Shown: one piece after another, positions 37,916 to 50,575 of the stretch
How the letters are laid out: every line of letters starts with the position of its first letter
How positions within the stretch are numbered: position 1 is the stretch's first letter
Origin: Mytilus trossulus
Taxonomy: Eukaryota
Reading direction: 5' to 3'
NCBI RefSeq assembly: GCF_036588685.1
Contig: NC_086381.1
Span: 57,102,001-57,166,000 of the forward strand
Length of the DNA: 64,000 nt
Notes under the pieces: model-generated
Database searches by the model: none
The model's input: the letters and a program-made list of their open reading frames with translations, nothing else
Told to the model about the DNA's origin: nothing
Made by a program: the position numbers and the translations under genes

Positions 37916-40354
37916 ACACAAATGTTGTGGTCAGGTCAACTAATATTTTAATTTGTATAATGAGTATGATAATGTGTATTATTAATTTTTAATTTCAACT
38001 ACGAATTGGTATGCTTTTTATTGACTAGTTACGTCACCAAATTTATTCGATTTCAGATCCCCTTTCCTTCGTTTATTTTGCATGTTTTAATGGACGGAAA
38101 AAAGGTTCTTGGATAGCTTGACATTTAACATGTACCGACTATATATTAAATGCATATTACACAGTTTTTTCTGCAATTATGTCACAACCTTTATACGTCC
38201 TCTACATCATAAATAATAACAACTCAAATAACCTTGACCAATTTGTTGCTTGGAGTCATTAATAATATCTTTAACATGTAAATATACATATTGTATTGTT
38301 AAAATTACCGGTTGTTGACACATATTTATATGAAACAGCAGTGTAAATTTTTTTTAGTAGTCCACAATACAACTTGTATCCACGGGTTGGATTGTCATTC
38401 GTAGGTCATTACACTTGGCAGGAAGTAAAACTAAAAAATCATTAATGCCCAATTATCTGTAGTATTGGATATACATTTTCTAAGTAATAAGCGTCACTAT
38501 TCTGTATAAAAGTAGAACGAATAAGTTAGTTTGTGCCTATATACTTCATGTACTTAGTAAATACGAATCAACATATTAGTATTCAATTAGGTATGATAAA
38601 AAATAATCATTTACAGCTACTGTATCCGAAAATATTAAAACTAATGTGTTTATCCTAATTATTTTTCTCGTTTTAAATAGCCAAGCTTGTTAAGTTATGT
38701 AATTGACACAATGTAATAGAACCTCCACAACTCTCAACACCGTGATGGATTATTGGAAAGAATAAGCTCGTATGAGACAAATTGCATTTCTTGTTGGTCA
38801 TCACCATTCCACTATGAGTCGTATTGCAAATAAACATTATGCGACAAATTACGTTAAAAAACTACCGAGATCAGGAAGACTCCTATTACACCAGCTATAG
38901 AAACCGAGACTTAGGAAAATTGTTGAGAAGAACACCCTTTGCAAACAGTACAGTCCTTTGAAATAAGTAATTGTCTTACAAGAGACTTCCAACAATACAT
39001 ACTCGAAATCGAGTACATTTATTAGACACTAAGTTTTTTTGTTTGAATTGTTTCCCTTTTTTATTATTATCGGGGCCTTTTACATATTTTGTGGTATTGG
39101 CTTCGTTCATCATGAAGGTTGTTCAGTGACTATTGTTATCAATTTCTGTGTCATTTTGGTCACTTGTGGAGAGTTGTCTTATTGGCAATTATGCCACATA
39201 TTTTGTTTTACATTGAAGGACCTGTACGCAATATTTTAAAAAGATGAAATCTAATACATTGAACTGCAATATTATGTCCTAAGGGCAACTAAAATTACCT
39301 CCATGCCGAATCCCTCAATATGTGTAATTGTTGACACAAGGTCACAACATAATATGCACGGAAGTCACTTGTAATCGCGGTGCCTCAATTACATGTTCGA
39401 GTAGTGTTAAATATTTGATGAAAACAGTTTGATTATCTTCTTTCGAAACATCGACGCTCTGATTTCTCTATCTGAATGATTTCTAAAGAGTCAATACTGT
39501 ACATTTAAGAAATAAAATCACGGAGGCCATAATTTATACTGATTTTGCCACGGTGAACCCTTATGCTAAATATTTTACCACAACCGATAGCTCCCGGAAG
39601 CTGTCTGCTTAGCTTGGAGCATAACACATTAATTTTGATATGTTATTGAATTGATTAGAGCTTTTGGAAGATTCCGTATTTGAAGATAGTAAGGCATAAC
39701 ACTTGACACTTCTTCATCGAACTCGACTCTATTTAGTTTTAGTTGTGTTTTCTCAATTTTATGTTTGGTTAATGGTTTTCATTCTTTGATATTTATGCAA
39801 GCAATGTTCTTGTTTAGCTCATTATACGATATGGAGTTTGATCTTAGATTTTCGTGACCAACAGTTATGTATGCGCCTGTGCATATGACTCCTGTGCGTA
39901 GTTTTAAAATTGAAATTAAAACAGATCTCCTATTTTTAAATATTATCATTTCAAACTTTTAATGCCAACTAATTAACCTTCTTTACTATTTGTTTTGTTT
40001 TTGCCATGTTTTTTTTTATTATATCAAATATTTGTCATTACTCAAGTCCATAGTTACTTGGAGGTTTCGTACATTCGTTATTCCTTCCTAACAATTCCCT
40101 TTAATAGTGTAAACTTCCCAAAAACACGTGTATGGTGTAATGGTTTATGGCATATGGTGCAATGGTAGATTGTGTATGGGGCTATGGTGTAAGGGGAATG
40201 GTGTGAATACATGTAAGAACAATAAACCAAAAACTCTGAAATAATAACTCAATCTCGTTTAACCTGTATTTTATTTTATACTCAACTTACATTTTAAACG
40301 TAAGTATTTAGTAGCTGTCTATCAGGCTTCCTTATTCGTATACCTTGTACGTGT

Positions 40355-40715
40355 TTAATTCTTCTTTGATTGTACGCATTTTTTGTATGAACAGTTATAT
40401 CCTTTACAGCAGTCATTACTTCGTTTACAAGTTCTTTGTTTACATGATTTGCAGTTTCCGGAGACGCAGCTTGAATCAATACAGCAATCACGGTTTATTT
40501 TACATGTTCTCGGGTTACATGGCTTGCAGTTTCCATAAATGCAGCTAGAATCATTACAGCAATCACGGGTATTTTTGCATTTTAGTTGATTACATGACTT
40601 GCAGGTAAGGTCAACGCAGCTTAAACCAGAACAACATCTAAAATCCCAGCAATTTTCTCCCTCATTCTTACACCATTTTTTTAGTCCTGGTGGTAATGGT
40701 AAACCTCTCACAAGT
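40355..40715 (-). CDS. CRP-I: Duplicated terminal exon (4b) of CRP-I gene 4: LVR-GLPLPPGLKKWC...CVQSKKN; open frame, KR reduced to R
   Basis: TTGTAG acceptor at 40716-40717, same phase as exon 4a, 24 Cys; has no signal or pro exons of its own. Confidence 0.6.
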
Positions 40716-42082
40716 CTACAAGAATACACGTGTTGTAATATAATTAGAAACATTATCATACATGCTTTTATAGGGCTATTTACATCTGTACAATCTATGA
40801 CAAATATAAGTGTAAGTAAAAAAAAATGTAAATACATACAGCAATAACAGTTTTTTAAGGTGTGCACCTAGTAAACAAATCAGTGAGCCTTTACTGGTAA
40901 AAGGAATTGATACGTATCGGTTTTTTTATAGAGCTATTTACATCTGTACAATCTATGACAAGTTAAATTCAGGTTGAAAAATAAATTGTAAATACAAATA
41001 GCTATAACGGTTATTTTAGGTGTTCACCTAGTAAACAAATCAACGAGCCTTTACTGGTAAAAGAAATTGATACGTATCGATTATTATGCTGTCTTCATAT
41101 GATTATTGCAAAATATCAGCTGAGAGTCACAATAAGGCACTATTGTCAAGTGAAAACAGTTTGATTATCTTCTTTCGAAACATCGACGCTCTATTTCACT
41201 ATCTGAATGATTTCCAAAGAGTCAATACTGTACATTTAAGAAATAAAATCACGGAGGCCATAATTAATACTGATTTTGCCACGGTGAACCCTTATGCTAA
41301 ATATTTTACCACAACCGATAGCTCCCGGAAGCTGTCTTCTTAGCTTGGAGCATAACACATTAATTTTGATATGTTATTGAATTGATTAGAGCTTTTGGAA
41401 GAATCCGTATTTGAAGATAGTAAGGCATAACACTTGACACTTCTTCATCTAACTCGACTCTGTTTAGTTTTAGTTGTGTTTTCTCAATTTTATGTTTAGT
41501 TAATGGTTTTTATTATTTGATATTTATGCAAGCAATTTTCTTGTTTAGCTCATTATACGATATGGAGTTTGCTCTTAGATTTTCGTGACCAACAGTTATG
41601 TATGCGCCTGTGCATATGACTCCTGTGCGTAGTTTTAAAATTGAAATTAAAACAGATCTCCTATTTTTAAATATTATCATTTCAAACTTTTAATGCCAAC
41701 TTATTAACCTTCTTTACTATTTGTTTTGTTTTTACCATGTTTTTTTTTATTATACCAAATATTTGTCATTACTCAAGTCGACAAGTCCATAGTTACTTGG
41801 AGGTTTCGTACATTCGTTATGTCTTCCTTAATAGTGTAAACATCCCCCAAAAAACGTGTATGGTGTAATGGTTTATGGCATATGGTGCAATGGTAGATGG
41901 TGTATAGGGCTATGGTGTAAGGGGAATGGTGTGAATATATGTAAGAACAATGAACCAAAAACTCTGAAATAATAACTCAATCTCGTTTAACCTGTATTTT
42001 ATTTTATACTCAACTTACATTTTAAACGTAAGTATTTAGTAGCTGTCTATCAGGCTTCCTTATTCGTATACCTTGTACGTGT

Positions 42083-42446
42083 TTAATTCTTCTTTGGTTG
42101 TACGCATTTTTTGTATGAACAGTTATATCCTTTACAGCAGTCATTACTTCGTTTACAAGTTCTTTGTTTACATGATTTGCAGTTTCCGGAGACGCAGCTT
42201 GAATCAATACAGCAATCACGGTTTATTTTACATGTTCTCGGGTAACATGGCTTGCAGTTTCCATAAATGCAGCTAGAATCATTACAGCAATCACGGGTAT
42301 TTTTGCATTTTCGTTGATTACATGACTTGCAGGTAAGATCAACGCAGCTTAAACCAGAACAACATCTAAAATCCCAGCAATTTTCTCCCTCATTCTTACA
42401 CCATTTTTTTAGTCCTGGTGGTAATGGTAAACCTCTCTTCACAAGT
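42083..42446 (-). CDS. CRP-I: CRP-I gene 4, exon 4 (4a): (K)LVKR-GLPLPPGLKKWCKNEGENCWDFRCC...CVQPKKN; precursor 154 aa
   Basis: TTGTAG acceptor at 42447-42448, open frame to 42083, 24 Cys, AATAAA near 42000. Confidence 0.92.
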
Positions 42447-42497
42447 CTACAAGAAGAGAATGTATTGTAATATAATTAGATACATTATCATGCATGC

Positions 42498-42812
42498 TTT
42501 TATAGAGCTATTTACATCTGTACAATCTATGACAAATATAAGTTTAAGTAAAAACAAATATGTAAATACATATAGCAATAACAGTTTTTTGAGGTGTGCA
42601 CCTAGTAAACAAATCAGTGAGCCTTTACTGGTAAAAGGAATTAATACGTATCGTTTTTTTATAGAGCTATTTACATCTGTACAATCTATGACAAGTTAAA
42701 TTCAGGTTGAAAAATAAATTGTAAATACAAATAGCAATAATAGTTATTTTAGGTGTTCACCTAGTAAACAAATCAACGAGCCTTTACTGGTAAAAGAAAT
42801 TAATACGTATCG
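42498..42812. repeat. Two tandem copies of a ~158-bp intronic segment (also at about 40766-41080)
   Basis: TTTATAGAGCTATTTACATCTGTACAATCTATGACAA...GAGCCTTTACTGGTAAAAG..ATACGTATCG occurs twice in each duplication unit. Confidence 0.8.
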
Positions 42813-43182
42813 ATTATTATGCTGTCTCCATATGATTATTGTAAAATATCAGCTGCGAGTCACAATAAGGCACTATTGTCAAGTGAGCGCAGCGTAAAAA
42901 TGCTTTATTTCGTATTGATCTTAATAAAATCCAAGGGATATGTGTTTCTCCACCGAAATATTTTCATCATTTTTTTAGATAACTTTTTGGCTAAATTAGT
43001 TTTCTTTTTTTATGTAAAAATGACTATACCGTATATACACTGCAATGTGGCATTTGTCACTAGTATTTTATGTGTGTGGGATAATTTTTCACTATAGTTT
43101 TCTTTTTATTGCTATTATAAACATATTCTTCCTAAAAACTACAGTCACACAATACAGTTCTTCAATTTGGAATGCAACTTAC

Positions 43183-43231
43183 TTGTGGACCAGTCCATCA
43201 TCCGACATCGTTTCTGCGTTTGCCATGTTTG
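43183..43231 (-). CDS. CRP-I: CRP-I gene 4, exon 3 (pro region, ANMANAETMSDDGLVH)
   Basis: 49 nt, TTCCAG / GTAAGT. Confidence 0.88.
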
Positions 43232-44373
43232 CTGGAAGTGTAATATTTATTTAATACATTTTAGTATCGTAAAAAAAAAATGAAACCACTATATTAGGTA
43301 CACAATGTGCAATTGTCCAATTACAATAATTTAACGGGTGAATAAAATTCATATCGGGTGAGGCAATATGATAAATTCCTTATTAGGACAAGTGCACACT
43401 GTGTAACGAATTTATCCTGATTTTCTTATATTACATATAATTATATTCAAATTCAACTATTGAGACAATTCTAACCAACTATTTTAGATATTTAATCTAG
43501 AACTATGAAAATGAAAAATATATTAGACTATAAAGCAACTAAAAATAAAATTCTTATTAGGGCAATGATGTAAGGGAGATAATTCCAATAGACGGACTAT
43601 AAAATTGTACTCAAATTTTAAGGACAATATCAGCCTATCAAAATGCGGGAAATAACTCTCAATCAGGATAATTATGACTTTTTTTTTTAATTACACACAT
43701 TTCTTTTTATATTTCATTACGTAAATATGCTGTTTTATCAAGTAAGGTAAAATAAATATTGTGTATTCATTTTAAAATAAAAGAAGATTAAAATTATTGT
43801 AGCTCTAACAACAACAAAAAACGATACTTAAACACAGCTAGGATACGACCAGTAAATAGCATTATGAATAAAGAATATCAAAAAGCAGAAAAAAGAAGGG
43901 TATGAGAGCTTGTTTTTGAGATATAAGCAATTGAAAATTTGGCGGGAAATGATTCTTTATAGAGGACAAAATATGAATAAACGTTTTAAAAAAAAAAGAA
44001 CAAAAAAATTACATAACTTTTGAATGACATTACTAACTCTAATAGAAAACTAAATACAAACACAAAAGTTCTAAATATCATTACTATAATGAATTAAAGA
44101 ATATTTGGTCCTTTTCTTTTGAAATGTGATTAAATCGTGTGCTTAAACGAGGAAGTAACCAATATTCATCTTACATTTGATTTTTAATTTTGTATTACAG
44201 GTAATTTTGTTATTTTGATAAGCTGGAATATACATTGGTGGCCATCTGTTGTTTTTGTGCTCTATGATCGAGTTGTTATCTCTTTGACACATTCCCATTT
44301 TCATTCTCAATTGTATAATTATTACACAATACATTGTGAAAATAAACAAATAAGGCTCTTGCTAATTATTTAC

Positions 44374-44425
44374 CTTCAACAAACACTAACAACAGACTGG
44401 TGACTAAATAAGTGGTTAACTTCAT
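44374..44425 (-). CDS. CRP-I: CRP-I gene 4, exon 2 coding part (signal peptide MKLTTYLVTSLLLVFVE)
   Basis: ATG at 44425, 52 nt, GTAAAT donor. Confidence 0.88.
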
Positions 44426-45337
44426 TTGTCTTTGATTTTTTCTCTACAAGACAATACACACGTATACTCATTTTGAATTTTTTAATGTTCTCATGGTAAT
44501 ATTTTTTTATAAAGAATCACAGGTTTCTGTCTTTGGAATGAAAATGACGATTTAAAACAAGCTTTTTGTGGTTGGTTATTGTATTGTTATATAAGCGTTC
44601 TACGCCTTACCTGGTACACAATGCTCGCTGTCAAATTTGCCTTTTTGTCAAGTGAAATGTAGTGTGAAATGATAGATTCCAAAAAGTGGAAATTCAGATA
44701 CTTTCAACATTAATGTTGACGTCTATTGACACAAGTTTTTTTTCCGGAACAGGATTATCTAAAGACTGCCGCGCTATTTAAGTTTTAATTAATCAAAATT
44801 TATATATAAGCTTATTACATAGCAACGAGGCAATATACTATATATTTTAGTATTCGCTTTGTATTCGCATTTTCTGTTGTAATTTCAGGCTACCAATTTC
44901 AATATGATATCATATACAATATACATCAGCGTATTTTTGTTATTAATGCGACGTTATTCTATATGTTTCTAGATTTTGACTTTTAAAATGAAGACATAAC
45001 ATATAATGGAAGACAGCAATAAAACGCATAACATAAGCATTACGAAGTGCTCTTTTAATCTTAACTATAAATGTCTATGGTATATGATTTTGAATAATGT
45101 TCTGTTAGTAATACACAATAATAAACGACACGTTAATCGGTGACACTTAGGAACACGTTTTTCAAAATTTATATGTGCTGTATATAAAAGGATCAAGTAG
45201 GAGTAGTCACGTAGCACAGTTTACATGCTGCTAAAATTCTGTTCAAGGTACTTGTGTTATGTCACATGCCTTCTTTTCGTTTTCAACCTACAAAATAGTC
45301 CTTCCATTTTAAATTAAAATTACTAACATAAACTTAC

Positions 45338-45545
45338 ACGAGCAAATGTAACTATTACTGTAATGTAGACTTCTTACTAAAACTATTTACCTTTTTCCAC
45401 CTTTTATACTTGATTTTGTCTCTAATCATGCTAATGACAGTTAACATCTGTTGAACGATTGTTTTTTTGTATTCCTGTCGTGTCGTTGTACGTGCTTTCA
45501 CGGCTATTTATCACACTGGGCCTAACCGGTTTTGGGTGTACAGAG
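45338..45545 (-). promoter_or_regulatory. Gene 4 promoter, TATA box and non-coding exon 1
   Basis: TATAAAAG at 45408-45401, GTAAGT donor after 45338, CGTGAAA at 45502-45496. Confidence 0.75.
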
Positions 45546-46652
45546 TTATATCTCTTTTATAGTATATGGCTTATACGAGTGTCTCGGCTTCCTATTGAGG
45601 TATATACTGTAAAAGATGGACGAAATATACCAGAGGGATAGTCAAACAGACACATAATAGTAAATATTGTAAACAATTGGGATGTTTGATATTTAACATA
45701 TAGCGTTGCATTGTTCAACGTTATATTGATATTATGTAATCATGTAAAGATGAATAGTGAACATGTGAAATTATATAAGATATATACTTCAATGAGAAGT
45801 TATTATTTTAAAACAGAATAAACGAAATCGTGATTCCCTGCATTTTTGACAAAACTGCACTTCATCTAAAGAAACGTTATTTGTTTTATCAACAGTAAAT
45901 TTAGAGATCTGCCACGTGAAGCATGATCCCCCGTTTAGAGCATGTGATATCACATCGTTTTATTCGGATTGTTATTGTTTAGCATTTCTTTTTTCTATGT
46001 TGAGTTTTTTACACTGTTGTTCCTATTTTTTTTTTTTTTCGTTTTTAGTATCTTTTTTGACACGACACTTTTAATTGATTTAAACTAGAGTTTGATCTTT
46101 CGCCTCATTTTCTAAGGTAAAGTTACAACACATTCTGAAATTACTGTCAATACCAATATTATTGAAAGTGAAATAGTGATACTGTGTCATTTTGCATATA
46201 GCTGTGATACAGGCTTTTCGTCAGTAGCCTTATGAAAACATAGTACGAATCAGCAAAGTTTGTTTAAAATGTTACTTTGAAAAAGCTTCTTATCAATTGT
46301 TTTTAGTCGACAGAATTGTTATTTAAGGGGGTTCCTTACTTTAACTTTTTTCAGTTTTTCGAGCATGATCACCAGTTTGGAGCACCTCATACCACATTAT
46401 TTGACATGACACTTTTAATTGATTTACACTAGAATTTTGGGCACCGCTTTTGTATCTTTCAACTTTTATAAAAGATGAAGGTACAACAAAAATGTGCAAT
46501 GACTATCAATATCATGTTCATTGAAAGAGAAACAGTGTTTAAAAATTGTAGGCTTATGAAAACATATTACAAATCAGCTACTTTTAAAAGATTAGTTATA
46601 ATCGGACATTACAGTTCGTACATTTTACTCCCAACGTAATATGTGATCTTAC

Positions 46653-48526
46653 TTGTGAATCTGTTCTTCGTCCTCCATCATTTCGTCATTTGACATGTTC
46701 ACTGAAAGTAAATCATAATATTTCAGTATCGTGATAATTATCTTTTCTGTAATTTTTACACCTGTATTACGATATTTCTCCACTCTCGACAGTTCGATTT
46801 TAATTATTTAAAAGGCTTGGCAAGCCTCGCGCTTTAAAAAATAAAATTCAACTGACTCGAGTGGAGAATTATCGTAATACACTTGTTGCAGTGTAGGAAT
46901 CTTTATGTTATAGACATAAAAAATCGTGAAAACGAACAGATTGCAATGCTGTAATGCCAACAATGATAATAAACAGTCCATTGAGAAAATTATTCTGAGT
47001 TGGCAATGACCACTGCCATTTTTTGCAGCCTTTCATGTTGTTACATCTAGCTTTTTTATTAGCGATTTAGCAGCGTCTCCTTTTTTTCAATGATCAAATG
47101 TTATTGATAATAATTTGAATAGAAGAAATTACTGGTTAGATATTTCGGAAGCCTGAAAAAACTGTATAACAAGCTATGTTAAAAATTGTATTTCAGATTT
47201 GGTAAAGAAGTTTCAAAAGTTATATATGATTGTAACAGCGGTAATCGCATAGCTCATATAAGAATACCATGAGCTACAACATGTATTATCTTACCTCCTA
47301 CATGTATATATATGATTGGTTAAAGGACTACGTGTTGTGACTATGTATATTGGGTATAGGGTGCCCTAAACAATACATGGTTAGTTAGCATAAAGGGTTA
47401 GCAACCATATGGGGTTAGTAAGGCGTTACTTCCCTTTCAAATGAATAAAGATGCTACAACATAAATAACATAAAAACAACACGGTCTTGTGTAAAAATCT
47501 GATTCAACAGACGAAGAAATTGATGATGAAAGGTTGCAGTAAGTTCATAAAACATAATTAAAGTTAAGAAGTTGGTATTATTAGCATAACGGAGTTACTT
47601 CCATTTCAAAACAAAAAAAAAGAAATCTAAAAGGATTAAACAGACGAAGAAATTGATACATGTAATGAACGATTGAAATAAATTCATAAAACGAATTTGA
47701 AGCTTTAAAAAATGTAATTGTTTGCATTTGTTTTTTGCATAGACAGATGGAAGTAGAATCTACTAAGTTTTGAAGACTTGATCACTTTAATATGCCGCTA
47801 GTCAAAATACCACATGTGAAGATAGTTGGTAAGATAAATTCGTTACACGGTGGGCTAGTAACTTAATACGATATATATGGGGTAAGTATATTCCGTATTA
47901 GGTCACTAACACACCATGTAACTAATATTATATAAGTTTGTAGTTTGCCTATACAACAACATTTCAATTTTAGATTGCAAAGTCCTTAGCAGTAACCGTC
48001 CTTTAAATTAGAAAATATTAATATAATAATTGAATTCAATGATATTTTGGATACATTGTGATAAGAAATTCATTCATGACACAAAGGCCAAAATAACTCA
48101 AGGATCATAAATAGTCTTCAAAATATACAGATGTCTACACGATTTGTGAAGCTGTTAATCGTACTTAATCTTTGAAAGTTTATATAAATATATATAAAAA
48201 CATTCAAAGTAAAAAATTTTGCAAAACAAAAAATGCGAAATGCGTAAAAGAGAACAAACAAATCACAAAAATTAAGAACTTTCATATTGAAATAAAAGTT
48301 GTTCAGTCATCTGTTACAGACATACATGTGTATGTATCAAATGTTTCGAGTAACACAATTATGTATGCGCATATATTTGTAATTGTGTAGCATAATTTCA
48401 TAATTTAAATAAGCTGAAAAAAAAACTATCATTTACAGCATCAGATCGTGCAAATAATCTTGCTAATTTGTTTCCCTGCAACAAACACCAACAAAAAACT
48501 TGTGACTAAAAAATAGAAACCTTCAT
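46653..48526 (-). pseudogene. CRP-I: Truncated CRP-I pseudogene (gene 5): broken signal exon 48476-48526, intact pro exon 46653-46701, no exon 4
   Basis: ATG AAG GTT TCT ATT TTT TAG (1-nt deletion giving a stop); donor GT changed to GG; pro exon VNMSNDEMMEDEEQIH with canonical splice sites. Confidence 0.85.
46763..46881. mobile_element. Palindromic (foldback) MITE
   Basis: TGTATTACGATA.TTCTCCACTC ... GAGTGGAGAA.TATCGTAATACA hairpin with a central AGGCTTGGCAAGCCT. Confidence 0.75.
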
Positions 48527-48599
48527 TCTTCTTGCAGGACATTACATTTAAAAAAATGCAATTCTCATTTATTTATTTTTTTATGATAATAAGTTTTCA

Positions 48600-48876
48600 T
48601 TTAGGTGGTACATAATACTACAGGGAGATAACTATGTAAAATCCAATTGAACATTAAAATAACGTTCAATTGTTAAGTTAACAACAATATTCTCAATAAT
48701 CAAAATTAGTGCTTGAAAAAATGCTATATATCCAATGAAAATTTTAAAATGCTTGGTTAAAAGTTCTGGAAATCTCTATATTTTTGTCAAAGAGTTAAAG
48801 TTAATCTTTTGTCTAAACCGTATGATAAATAAACAAGCCAAAATAATTTAAGTCAAAGTGTTTGGTACCATCTTAA
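48600..48876. mobile_element. Short TIR element, probably TTAA-targeting
   Basis: TTAGGTGGTAC ... GTACCATCTTAA imperfect inverted ends. Confidence 0.5.
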
Positions 48877-50575
48877 GATCCAAAGATGTTCAGTTTTTAA
48901 AAACAGAATGGTGATTCAAATTAACCTTTATTATATCAACTAGGTTTTTGGCAGGTTATCTGGGATACCAAACGTGCTGTATACAGTTGTCTCTCTCTCA
49001 AACAATTCATATGGAAAACAAGCTGATAGGCAACAAAGAAGTAAAGGTAAGATGGCAAGAGAATGAGTTCGTGTTCTACAACGTTTTGTATCGATTACTG
49101 TAATGTCTGGAACATGCATGATATATTTGCAACTGGACGTTAGGCAACCAACAATTGATCAATCGATTACAGTTCAGTTGAATCAATTTCCAGGACAAAA
49201 CAATATAGTGAATGAATTGCTTTTAAATTAGATAAATGTAAAATGTCTATTAAGGTACATTTCAAAGTAACACTTTGAATTTGATATATATATATATTCT
49301 TTAAATCCTTACTTGTTAAAAAGTTTTATAATTTTCTGTCAAGTCATTTTTTTTACGGCAATACCTAATTTGCACCTTCTAGACAAACAATTGTAGCGTA
49401 GATCCTGCTTAGTAAACTTATGAGACAACCCTCTTTTTTTTATTTTGAAAAGGATTTAATCCTGTAGAAACAGAAACAAACAGGTAGAAATACGGTTGTT
49501 TGAAATTCATAGTTGAGACAAATTAAACTACAACAATTGAAAAAAAGACGCTGCTTTTGTGTTGGTCATAACCATTTTAAACTGTCACAAACTTACCAAG
49601 TAACATCACCTTTAGGCATCTGCGAATATATAGTTTATTGCACGTTCCAACTGTGGTGTTGGACGTCCTTTCTCGGTTAATGGTCCTTTACACGACTGAC
49701 ACATTATTATGTTTACTCCATCAATCTTAAAAGGTAAACTTCCTTCTTTATATCATTTTGTGTTAACAACATACGATTGTACCTATACATTACTATGTAA
49801 AGCATGTCCAAATATTATTAATAGAAGAAAAAAATAATTAATTGTTCCAGGATGTAACAAAATCGCTCTATTTATTTTGTTTTGAATAGGTACGACTGGA
49901 AACCCCCATGTGATATTTATAGTAATGTATGTTTTATCAAAATGTATCAGACTGGTCGTAATCGGTTTATGCCAGTAAGAGGTATATGATAAAAGTTAAC
50001 TGTCGTTTCGTGTAATCTCCTGCACATAGGAAAACAACTTTTTTTTTAAATTGTCTATTTGCTTTGTTTTTGCGTAAAGAACAGTCCAAATCATCTGTCT
50101 CATATGGATTTTTTGTTTAGTTTGATAATGTGGTACAATGTATTTTGTCATGAATCATTCACTAAGCATCTTATCATAATGATTCGTGTAGAATGTCAAC
50201 AGTAATTAAAACATGTGAAAGGTATTTTAATAGAAAAGGAACATGAGCAATTCGACAAGATTTTTTTTTAATAACAAATTTTCATCAATGAATATTATAC
50301 ATAAAAATATGCTATTCAACAAACATACATTACTATAAATATCACATGGGCGTTTCCAGTTATAAAAAATTTACACATCACGTATTCGCAAAACGTTTGC
50401 ACTTACTCGCTGATTACAAGCCAGAGTTTCATTTGCATACAACAAGAAACAATATCACTGTATATCTTTCTCGCAATTATGATATCGTAAGTAGTTTCTT
50501 AACCTCTTTTACTTATACATGTTATACTTTATAACAAGAGAGACAAACGATAATAAACTGATATTCCAACTCATA

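Larger units (their letters stand above)
39419..42886. repeat. Recent 1.73-kb tandem duplication containing gene 4 exon 4 (units 39419-41150 and 41151-42886)
   Basis: Near-identical units; TGA microhomology at 39419, 41151 and 42884. Confidence 0.92.

Noticed and set aside
40355-40867. 170-aa single-exon ORF with a hydrophobic N-terminus on exon 4b
   Set aside because: The N-terminal part is intron sequence upstream of the AG acceptor, and the same region is closed in the sister copy, so it is most likely chance; an unspliced product is not strictly excluded
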